Shown here one piece after another: positions 56,901 to 64,000 of a DNA stretch of 64,000 nucleotides; position 1 is the stretch's first letter, and every line of letters starts with the position of its first letter. The position numbers and the translations under genes were made by a program. The notes under the pieces were generated by a model that made no database searches, had not been told where the DNA came from, and saw only the letters and a program-made list of their open reading frames with translations. Source of the stretch: a virus; IMG/VR virus record IMGVR_UViG_3300037461_000409, positions 1 to 64,000 of that record, one strand, 5' to 3'.

Positions 56901-57868
56901 ACGTTGAGCACCTTGTCCGTGCCCTCGCTCAGGCTCACGCCTGAACCTATGAAGTTCACGGCCCTCGGAGTCCCGACAACGTCAACCCCGTCCTTCTGCC
57001 AGGGGATCATTCCTCCCCGGAAACGAAGGACCTGAATGCGACCATCGTACAGATCCCAGGAGTGGGTGACGTACTTGGCCTGGAGCTTGATCACATGCTG
57101 TCCCGCAGCGGGGATGGTGTACAGAATCACCCGCTCCAGGTTCGTGGCCGTGTTGTTCCCGCTTATGGACCCGGTGGGTGAGTCCACCACCGCCCCGTCT
57201 ACCACCCACTGGGTGTAGGTGCTATATCCTGCCGAGTACCAGCCTACCCCGCGAAAGCACAACAGCACGGTCTCGGCCGCGTTGGTGTTGATCGTGACTG
57301 ATAGCCCCGCGACATCTGCAAAGCTGGCACTGCTGATGTTGACCGGGTTGGTGCTGGCATTGGCTGCCGACAGCATCGTGCCGCCGGCGCCGCTACCGCC
57401 TGCCAGCGTGCCATAGATCCGGATGAACGACCCGGCTGTCACTTGCACCGACCCGGTACCACTGACCCGCCGCCACTGCATCTTGATGGAATGACTCCCG
57501 GCTGTCAGCACGACCGGAAGGACAAGAGTCCGCCAACAACGCGCGCCCGCCGCCGAAGACTGCATGTTGGCCGACGAATCATCACCAATGAGGTACTGCT
57601 CCTCTGCCCCTCCCACGTCGATGCCGATTCGGTAACGTCCAGTTGTGTCGGCAACCGACATCACCGCGTCGAGCATGATGTCCAGCAAGTACGTCCCCGC
57701 CAGCGGAGCCACGAACTCCCCAGCCACCTCGGCGTTCACGTCGACGAACGTGCCCGACGTGGTTGAGTACGTTCCAGACGGGATCACGTCTAGCAGGTTG
57801 ATCACAACGTCCGGTGCGGCGATGATGGCCGGAGCAACCTGGTCTACCTGAAGTCCTGGGGTCGTCAT
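53960..57868 (-). CDS. Long tail fibre protein with repeated beta-sandwich modules
   Basis: 1302 aa, repeated GSHTIKL, GSGAGGT, FRGG.....KDG and two GLDTGSEA.STWYYLY.VP units. Confidence 0.8.
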   Translation of the reverse strand: MTTPGLQVDQVAPAIIAAPDVVINLLDVIPSGTYSTTSGTFVDVNAEVAGEFVAPLAGTYLLDIMLDAVMSVADTTGRYRIGIDVGGAEEQYLIGDDSSANMQSSAAGARCWRTLVLPVVLTAGSHSIKMQWRRVSGTGSVQVTAGSFIRIYGTLAGGSGAGGTMLSAANASTNPVNISSASFADVAGLSVTINTNAAETVLLCFRGVGWYSAGYSTYTQWVVDGAVVDSPTGSISGNNTATNLERVILYTIPAAGQHVIKLQAKYVTHSWDLYDGRIQVLRFRGGMIPWQKDGVDVVGTPRAVNFIGSGVSLSEGTDKVLNVEMNEALTASGQAVVVVGPQPASDVAIGSGDTQFMPSAGSLAFAVNSTGTYLVQWTGNNFLDSSSNTTGQVKLVFDEGTADEQYIGYNAAWQFRTSGSVYQSPKFSGTVVLSAGNHTLKAYAKETSGTTLIVRGTASAAVGDFTTTLTLVSGSGAGGTLDTVVNKADAAQVVSSASPTFTDLTGMTATVITTTNERVKIVFSVGLTPAAATTGNIAIDIDGSTANNTFFHSDGTRSQNISCSWVSGPLAAGSHTIKLKAYKSSSGDGNFSVKGTPDNASTFLIVTSFRGGLVPVRKDGAQVIDTPAAFDFTGPGCQVTNVGGTAKVSLTGADGAICYSKTDPVDRSLPNDTTTYLIYSGLTTTFYTLVGESVAVALNAIIAGTANRTAGIYYRIDSGSWVHVAQWWLHSVSGSYNFEPAWIVSGLSAGSHTIEFSFRNMDSSSGITTTYGSVTPTRASITQWRGGYVREENVPRLVWASNSTIQIAAQPGCSTELRACLNNGARYTAAAPLTWDITVSGLGGLDTGSEAASTWYYLYLVPSAVAGQMSIVGSVASPAGGGPTGYPIWRYIGAVRNNASSNLRKFWQAKDWFYFEPNTDSEMELYSVTAGAQTGAWVDRSTQLATAVPAAMAGAVEAQAFMDADGTDGWIAWVEPGNPPGYTPGSAYNDRTWSLGALNNDVQCGGTRNIVPLFDGTISIWTMRHSGSGSLDYAVTIRGYQDKYLLNPTAQIAGKYTPDTKLPTLTYSAAGAVNVAAAAGAPSTVLLTLQDAKQRYFSGTLAWAFANGVADLGLDTGSEASSTWYYLYAVPKTGDDNQLSVRASVTGPATGPTGYTNWKYLGAFRNDGSSNIIPFYQTGSTTYFAQQQQAVTLASGTDGSPVSASLAAYIPVTASLADLFMFYQSAGGIGLGYIWVDGQQGSGGANDQWQLRAASGDATYGGDTVVGMIPTPSTPKTIYYQRTVSCNSGRISVRGWVDQYLA

Positions 57869-57871
57869 TGG

Positions 57872-59074
57872 CTAGCTCCCATAGACCACGGTGATGATGT
57901 CACCGGCGGTCAACGCCTTGCAGTTGATCGTCTGGGTCGCGGTGAAGCCCCACTCCAACCCGGTCGCCGGACTCGCCCGGTACCGAAGTCGCTGGCCGTT
58001 GCGGTACACGCCGATGATGTTCTTGCCCGAGAGCATGTTCGCGTTGGTGGCCGGCACCGCTGCCAGGGCAAAGTTCTGGTCTCCACCGGTCGCGGTAAAC
58101 TCCTCTTCCCTTGGCAGGAATCCGCTGGTCGGAGGGTCTACCCACTCCAGCCCAGTTGCCTGTCCGGAGTTGGCGGACAGCAGCTTTCCGTTGGTGCCGA
58201 CCGCCAGCCTGGTGTTGACCGTGCTGAACGTGTAGAGGTCGCCCTTGGTCGTCAGCGGCGAGGTCGTGCCTACCGATCCCCAGGTGCCGTCACCGCGCAG
58301 GCCATCCATAGAGCTTCCACTCAACTTCGGCAACAAACCGTGCGCTCCGATAGTGGCGTTGAGCGTAGTCACGTCGGTCGGGGCCGCGAGCTCGTCGAGC
58401 TTGATCGAATCCCCACCGCCACTCTTGTGGCTCGTTGCGTGCGTTGTCGGCGTCCTGGCGTCCGACAGGCGGCTGTCATTGCCCGCGCAGGCGTCGGTGG
58501 CGCCCGTTCCAAGCTGCCGCAGGGAAGGCGTACCGGCCGCGGCATTGGCCGTGATCCACGAGTCCAGCTTGGCTGACCCATTGGCCTTGGGGATGGCATT
58601 GGCGGCCGGGGTCGCCACCGCGATCTCGTCGTAGCCGCCATTCTGGTGAGCAGTGGCGTGAATCTCCAGCGCCCGCAGCGTCGGATTCAGGTACCGCTCT
58701 CCCCAGTCGAAGGCGTAGTCCGGGGGCAACCACACCTGACCAAGTTCGGTGCGGACCATCACGATCTGTTGGCCACCGGCCTTGTCCGACGCGGGGTCGG
58801 ACTCGCCCTCGGAGTTGGTCGCCCGGCATTGGACGCAGTACGCCCCATCGACCGCGCCATCGATCTCCAGATCGGGGTTCTGAACCGTTGCCACGCCGTC
58901 GACGAAATCACCATGTGTCCCGACATTGGCCGTGGAACCCGGTGGCACCGAGAGGATGTCCCACCTCCAGTAGATCGGGCTTCCCGTGGCCGTAGCGGTC
59001 AGCCCGACAGTGCGCGGTGAGGCGCTGTAGCTGAGAACCTGGTCGGCCCCGCATGTCACTACCGGCTTTGCCAT
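57872..59074 (-). CDS. Tail fibre/virion protein (PKD-like N-terminus)
   Basis: AGNDSRLSDARTPTTHA..H..GG.D and LTTKGDL fibre motifs. Confidence 0.7.
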   Translation of the reverse strand: MAKPVVTCGADQVLSYSASPRTVGLTATATGSPIYWRWDILSVPPGSTANVGTHGDFVDGVATVQNPDLEIDGAVDGAYCVQCRATNSEGESDPASDKAGGQQIVMVRTELGQVWLPPDYAFDWGERYLNPTLRALEIHATAHQNGGYDEIAVATPAANAIPKANGSAKLDSWITANAAAGTPSLRQLGTGATDACAGNDSRLSDARTPTTHATSHKSGGGDSIKLDELAAPTDVTTLNATIGAHGLLPKLSGSSMDGLRGDGTWGSVGTTSPLTTKGDLYTFSTVNTRLAVGTNGKLLSANSGQATGLEWVDPPTSGFLPREEEFTATGGDQNFALAAVPATNANMLSGKNIIGVYRNGQRLRYRASPATGLEWGFTATQTINCKALTAGDIITVVYGS

Positions 59075-59089
59075 CAGCGCACCTCTGCC

Positions 59090-60457
59090 TTACGAAATGG
59101 TGATTGCCGAGCTCAGGATCCTGGCCAGCTGGTTGTCCAGGACCACCCTGTTGCGCGTCGGGTCCGTGATCCCGATATCGTACATGCCAGGGACGGCCAT
59201 TGCGCGCTTGCCGAGCTCCTGCCAAATCACGTCGTCGCCGATGCCCAGGGCGTTGATGTAGCCGCTGATTGCCGAGGCCACCTGCGTCGCCACGTCGGTC
59301 TGGGAGTAACCGGAGCGGACGGTGATGTTCGCATCGAAGGCCATCTGGATGATCGTCGGAACCAAAACCCGCACCAACACACCCGCCGAGCGGTACCCGG
59401 GGTAGTTGATCCGGTCGGCCGGGTCTCCGTCGATGATCTTCTGGCACTCGGCAATCAGACCCGTGAAGTAGGTGCAGGTCTCGGTCACGGTGTCACCGGT
59501 CGACAGCCCGGTGGCCAACTTGATGTGCCCGGACGCGGGGTTGATCGTGTAGTCGGTGTTGAGAACCAGCGGCACGGTGTTCTTTTTCAGAACAAACGTG
59601 TTCTCGATCTTGATCGGCTTGCGGCCGTAGAGATCCACCTCGCCACCCACGGCGGAAGAGACAACCACCTCGTCCACCACGCTCGCCACCGACTCGGCAG
59701 TGCCTGAGCCATCATCGATGTAGATGATCACGTTGCCCGGGTGCACCTCATCTTCCACAACCGAGGCGAACGCCACGCTCTTGCCGGAAACCGTGTCCTC
59801 GGCCGTAAGGGCCGCGTAGGTCAAAGCAAGGTTGGTGGCCCTGCTCAAGCTCTTGGCAAACAGCTTGATGCGGGTTCGGAAGCTATCGTCCTTCTCGATG
59901 TCGTCGCCGTTGGTCAGTTGCGCGGGGTTGCTCACGGTGTCCACGCCCGAGGGCTTGGACACGAAGGCCCTGATCGTCTCGGGCGCGACGTTGTAGGCGG
60001 TCCCGGGCTCCGATGCGGTGATCTGGATCGAGCCGCTGACCGAGGCCCCGTCGGCGATCTGGCCCTCGGCAGTCGTGACGAACTTCAGAGCGGCTGTCCC
60101 GGCGGTCGCCGGCACCTGAACCTGCGTCCCCTGGGGGATGCCGATGGCCCCGATGGTCCCCGTCCGGCCAAACACCACTGCTCCCGTGGCCTTCTTGGCA
60201 GGGTTCCGGCTGATGAGCGCGGGGTTGAGCTTTTTCGCCTCGGCATCGAGGTCCGGGCCAACGGCATTGTCGATGTCGTAGATGTCCAGCACCTTGCCCA
60301 TCGCATACCACTGGTCATCATCCTCGCGGGCCGCAGCCGCGAGCACCTGGTTGACCGAGGATGTCTCGACGAGATCCGTCAGGTCGGTCCTGGCCACCAC
60401 CCGGTTGCGCATGCGCTCCAGGATCTGCTTGTACCGCTTGATCTGTAGCTGCCCCAT
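59090..60457 (-). CDS. Baseplate J-like protein
   Basis: IDNAVG.DLD, A.G.V.F, A.EPG..YN, V.N...TNG.D.E.D..FR.R, YIN.LGIGDDV. Confidence 0.9.
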   Translation of the reverse strand: MGQLQIKRYKQILERMRNRVVARTDLTDLVETSSVNQVLAAAAREDDDQWYAMGKVLDIYDIDNAVGPDLDAEAKKLNPALISRNPAKKATGAVVFGRTGTIGAIGIPQGTQVQVPATAGTAALKFVTTAEGQIADGASVSGSIQITASEPGTAYNVAPETIRAFVSKPSGVDTVSNPAQLTNGDDIEKDDSFRTRIKLFAKSLSRATNLALTYAALTAEDTVSGKSVAFASVVEDEVHPGNVIIYIDDGSGTAESVASVVDEVVVSSAVGGEVDLYGRKPIKIENTFVLKKNTVPLVLNTDYTINPASGHIKLATGLSTGDTVTETCTYFTGLIAECQKIIDGDPADRINYPGYRSAGVLVRVLVPTIIQMAFDANITVRSGYSQTDVATQVASAISGYINALGIGDDVIWQELGKRAMAVPGMYDIGITDPTRNRVVLDNQLARILSSAITIS

Positions 60458-60467
60458 GGGGTCTCCC

Positions 60468-62351
60468 CTACGTCAGAGCGCGCGACATCACCCGCGCGGC
60501 GTTGAATCCTTTGGGCTTCACCGTTGCCTCCAACTCCACCTCATCGTTGACCACTGACAGCCGGTAGTTGACCAGCTGATCCACCCGCGGATCGGCGATG
60601 AGTTGCTGGCGCACCTCAAACGCGGTGTCGGCTTTGGTGTCCTTCCACTGCAGAGCTCCTACCAACCGAGGCAGTCCCACCCCGGGGTATAGGATGTTCT
60701 CGCCACGGGTAGTTCGCAGTCGCGTTGACAGCGCCTGCGCGAGGTTGTTGAAGCCCGAGATCTTCTCCGCGTCGGTCGAGCCGTGGGCAGCATCGACCTT
60801 CCAGCCGTACTGGCCCTTGCCGATCTTCACCAGCAGCAGCTCCCGGCCGAGATGCTCCTCGGCCTGGCTGTCGCCCAGGGGTACCGCCCCTGTCGACAGG
60901 ACCATGCTCGTGGCGTTGGCGGTGGTCACCGGGATCATGATCGGGGCCCCCACCTTGAGCGTCCCGGGGATGTTGGCGTTGGCCGTGATGTACGGCGGCT
61001 TCAGATCGTTGATCATCGCCAGCTCGGGCCACCGTCGGGCATCCCCCAGGTATCTCGCGGCCAGGCTCTGAAGCGTATCGCCCTGCCCAACGACTCGCTC
61101 GGCAAACCCGGTGTACCTCCGGGGGTCGAAACGGTCCCCCGGCAACGGCAGCGCCTGACGCTTGAGGTCCCCGGGCTTGATCGGACCAAACGCATCGCCG
61201 ATGGGCATCGCCCCCCCGGACGCGGCGGCCGTGGCGGCCTTCTCCTCGATCTGTTCCTGGTACTGGGCGCTGCCGATTTCGATCTCGGCCGGGTCATCGG
61301 GAGCGCTGAGTCGGTTGTACTTGTCCACCATCGCCGACCAGCTGGCGCGGAAGTGGTCGCGCGTAGCTACTCCCAGGGAATCCATCTGGTCTCCCAGTTG
61401 ACGAAACGTCTGGCATACGTCCGCTGGTAGAGACAGAACGTCCTCGAACAGATCGGCCGTCGACTCCAGAACCCCGCTCACGGCGTCCAGGAACCGCGCT
61501 GGCAGGTCGAAGAAGTCCTTGACCCCGTTCACCAGGTCATCAGCCGCTTGGATGATGCTGCCGATGTCGTCAATGATCGAGGCGATATTCTGAACAAACT
61601 GCTTCAGTTCATTGAGTGCGGCCGTGACATCGTCGACGAGCGCCTTGATCGACTGGATCGTGTCCCGGATCTGGCTGATCGTGTCCTTGATCTTCTGGAA
61701 CAGCGACCGCTCATCGGGCGCCACATAGATCAGCGCCGAAGCTGGCCCAATCACTTTCAAGGCAATGTCGTAGCGGTAGGTCACCCGCTCGCGGCCCACG
61801 TCACGACTGAGACGGAAGTGGACCGGCACCACCTCCACATGGATCTGTTCCTTTTGGATGTGCAGCTCCATGCGCGTTTTGTCGGCGGTCTTGGGGTCCT
61901 GCACCAGCTGGGAGTACCCCTCGAAACAGCGGTTGGCCAAGATCCAGAAGGCCATCTGACCAGACACCTCCTGGAGGTTCCCGCCGTATTCGCCGAGGCT
62001 CGAAGTGAACTTCGTCAGCGACGGAGCGACGGTGACCGTCTGTTGTTTGCGCAGCTTGAACCCGGTTGTCCCGCCGATGGTGATGTCCGCTATGACGATC
62101 CCTCCCGGTTCCACCACCACTCCGCTTTCCTGCTGCGGTGTCAGCTGTGACGCAAACGGGAGCGTGTACTCGAAGCGGTCGGGACTGATGGGCAACGGGA
62201 ACAAGGCCGTTCCATCGCTGCCAACTGGGCCCACGTTGCTTTCGCCGTCGACCACCAGGCGGAACACCCACGCGAGGTTCTTGTAATAACGGTCGTCCTG
62301 GGTGATGCCCTGTCGGAGGTCTTCTTTGATCTCGTCGAGTATCGAGGCCAT
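60468..62351 (-). CDS. Tail-tube-initiator/LysM + gp25-like baseplate fusion protein
   Basis: GDTLQSLAARYLGDARRW.ELA.IN.L (LysM), NLAQAL..RL.T.RGE...P..G...DPRV (gp25/W). Confidence 0.8.
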   Translation of the reverse strand: MASILDEIKEDLRQGITQDDRYYKNLAWVFRLVVDGESNVGPVGSDGTALFPLPISPDRFEYTLPFASQLTPQQESGVVVEPGGIVIADITIGGTTGFKLRKQQTVTVAPSLTKFTSSLGEYGGNLQEVSGQMAFWILANRCFEGYSQLVQDPKTADKTRMELHIQKEQIHVEVVPVHFRLSRDVGRERVTYRYDIALKVIGPASALIYVAPDERSLFQKIKDTISQIRDTIQSIKALVDDVTAALNELKQFVQNIASIIDDIGSIIQAADDLVNGVKDFFDLPARFLDAVSGVLESTADLFEDVLSLPADVCQTFRQLGDQMDSLGVATRDHFRASWSAMVDKYNRLSAPDDPAEIEIGSAQYQEQIEEKAATAAASGGAMPIGDAFGPIKPGDLKRQALPLPGDRFDPRRYTGFAERVVGQGDTLQSLAARYLGDARRWPELAMINDLKPPYITANANIPGTLKVGAPIMIPVTTANATSMVLSTGAVPLGDSQAEEHLGRELLLVKIGKGQYGWKVDAAHGSTDAEKISGFNNLAQALSTRLRTTRGENILYPGVGLPRLVGALQWKDTKADTAFEVRQQLIADPRVDQLVNYRLSVVNDEVELEATVKPKGFNAARVMSRALT

Positions 62352-62354
62352 CGG

Positions 62355-63491
62355 CTACTCCGTCTTGACCTTCGTGGAAAGCCAGGTTGCCATCGCCCCC
62401 TGCAGCTGTGCCGCTGCCGACCCGTAGTCCTGCCAGGCGGTCTTGAGAGCCTCGAACGCGGCCTTCAGCGGGGCCAGCGGTCCGATGCAGGCGGCAGACA
62501 AAGCCTGGTACTGCGCGACGTTCACGCCCGCCAGTGAGACACAGGCTGCCAGGTACGGTGTCAGGCCCGCATTCAGCTCAGTCCCCTTGATCCCGGCGCT
62601 AGCCGCGGACGAGCTTCCCAGAGCCACCTGCCCTACCAGGCCAATGGCCGGGGAGGTCACGGTGATCGCCGAGACGGCCTTGGCTTCGAGCTTGGCCTGG
62701 GCGTCGAGGGTGATCGTCTTGCTGGCCTTGTCCATCTCGATCTTGTCCGCGCCCCCGTCGACGAGCGTGATCTTGCCCGTGTTGTCCAGCTCGACCCAGC
62801 TCTCGTCGCTGCCGTCGGTGGTGACGAGCTTGAGCTTGCCAGCCGCGCCCGAGGCGCTCTGTTCCACGCCCGACGGCCCGAGCTCGGGGTTGGCAGCCCC
62901 CCTCGCGTCGATGGTGAGGTTTCCCTCGTCATCCCATTCGATCAGCACCCCGTTGTGACGCATGCGCTTAGTGCGACCGTCAGCCTCCTTCGTCTCTCTC
63001 CGCGACTTCGGATGCGGTAGACAGAACGGCAGGACCACCGGCTGATGGATGTCGCACTCCATGAAGCCCACGATCACCTGATCTCCGTCGAGCGCCTCGG
63101 CCGGCGTGGGTTGCTCCCCCTGCTCCATCGGCGGCTCCGTGGCCATAATCCCGCCTTCGATGTTCTGCGAGCACCCGCGGGGGATGTAGGTGTCCTCGTC
63201 GAACAATCCCATAGCCCGCTGCGCGACTGGCACCCGATAGAGCGTGCGCGTCTGCCGGCCAAATACCCGGACATCGCAACACACGGTCCGCATGCCATCG
63301 GCGGTCCATCCGCGCTCGGCCCAGCCGGCATCGTCGGTGTAGTAGACCTTGAGCACGGTCGCCCGGGCCATCCATCCGCCGGCGCTGCCCCAGCTCGGGA
63401 CGCCAGCCATCCATGTCGGAACAGCCGCCTGCAGGACCGTCCCGTCGTCGAGCTGACACGGGCTGTATGGATCTATCAGGTCCATCACCAC
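62355..63491 (-). CDS. Baseplate spike (gpV/gp5-like)
   Basis: OB-fold-like GDQVIVGF...QPVV, beta-repeat segment, terminal LSTKVKTE. Confidence 0.7.
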   Translation of the reverse strand: MVMDLIDPYSPCQLDDGTVLQAAVPTWMAGVPSWGSAGGWMARATVLKVYYTDDAGWAERGWTADGMRTVCCDVRVFGRQTRTLYRVPVAQRAMGLFDEDTYIPRGCSQNIEGGIMATEPPMEQGEQPTPAEALDGDQVIVGFMECDIHQPVVLPFCLPHPKSRRETKEADGRTKRMRHNGVLIEWDDEGNLTIDARGAANPELGPSGVEQSASGAAGKLKLVTTDGSDESWVELDNTGKITLVDGGADKIEMDKASKTITLDAQAKLEAKAVSAITVTSPAIGLVGQVALGSSSAASAGIKGTELNAGLTPYLAACVSLAGVNVAQYQALSAACIGPLAPLKAAFEALKTAWQDYGSAAAQLQGAMATWLSTKVKTE

Positions 63492-64000
63492 GACTCCTGG
63501 TAGCGGCCACTGACCCGCTCGACCATGTCCAGCAGGCTCGCATCATCGCCCTTCCATCCTCGGGTCACCGTGGCCACCGTGGATGTCCGCGGACCAGAAG
63601 ATCCGTCGCTGGACCACTGGAAGGTGTGGTCAACTCCCTCGACATAAGCCTGCAATGAGGTCTCGGGGTCGCCCGTATCCAGAATCAGCCTGGTGCCGAT
63701 GCGCAGCTCTGGCAACATGCACCCGAACGTGACACTGCCAGACAGGAAATAGGGGTTGGGGCCAAACCAGTCGGCCAACATCCTCTGCCAGTCCTTGCGG
63801 TCGCTGATCCACTCTCCCGGGGCCCCCTGAGCGATGTAGATGGTGCTCTCGGAGTAGGGTTTCACCCCGAAGTTGGTGATGTCCGGTTTCGACCAAATGG
63901 GCGGGGCCAGAGCCGTGGACTCGGCGTTGGTGCCGAACGTGAAGTCGGCGCTCAGATCGAAGATCGTGAACCGCTCGTGCCCAGCGCGTCCAAGGTCGCG
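63485..64000 (-). CDS. Baseplate hub protein (partial, 5' end outside the window)
   Basis: Frame open to 64000. SGSVT....PELRIG.RL...YVEGVDHTF....T..VTRG. Confidence 0.7.
   Translation of the reverse strand, partial: RDLGRAGHERFTIFDLSADFTFGTNAESTALAPPIWSKPDITNFGVKPYSESTIYIAQGAPGEWISDRKDWQRMLADWFGPNPYFLSGSVTFGCMLPELRIGTRLILDTGDPETSLQAYVEGVDHTFQWSSDGSSGPRTSTVATVTRGWKGDDASLLDMVERVSGRYQESW

Noticed and set aside
53960-57868. Diversity-generating retroelement acting on the tail fibre
   Set aside because: No reverse transcriptase and no adenine-specific TR/VR pair were seen in the window.
38-63658. Numerous long plus-strand ORFs (e.g. 1468-2505, 15188-16504, 36107-37618, 37012-38508)
   Set aside because: They are antisense shadows of GC-rich minus-strand genes and show no recognisable motifs.
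1-64000. tRNA/rRNA genes, integrase or att sites
   Set aside because: None recognised by eye, and the intergenic gaps are few and short. tRNAscan-SE would be needed to exclude tRNAs.

Overview
A 64-kb segment of a large, GC-rich tailed phage or prophage with a contractile-type baseplate. The host is probably a myxobacterium or relative (inference from an MshEN-like gene, a Myxococcota-type 'QSSD.EFHCL' protein and Cys-rich lipoproteins). Essentially all real genes are on the minus strand, tightly coupled by ATGA/TGATG overlaps, and the long plus-strand ORFs are shadows. In transcription order (64000 to 1): baseplate hub, spike, LysM-gp25 fusion, baseplate J, tail-fibre genes, holin plus spanins, a recombination/replication module (putative annealase, Cas4-like nuclease, SF2 helicase, 3'-5' exonuclease, ASCH, initiator with internal iterons, DnaC-like loader, resolvase, ParB-MTase), a small accessory operon, an endolysin/holin/MshEN/RlpA cluster, terminase large subunit, a ddrB-ParB polyvalent protein, and a giant (>1900 aa, missing from the ORF track) DarB-like MTase-SNF2 protein with an intein. 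Most notable: (1) a solitary wHTH plus RAMP/Cas7-like gene (14780-15880) directly preceded by a non-coding tract in which every 4th base is G for 34 consecutive tetramers, closed by a hairpin. This is a candidate CRISPR-free RNA-guided system with a periodic G-NNN guide. (2) An intein whose coding sequence contains a DUF559/Vsr-like endonuclease in a different reading frame. (3) A stand-alone MshEN (c-di-GMP receptor-like) gene coupled to a holin. All family assignments come from motif recognition by eye, and no database search was run.
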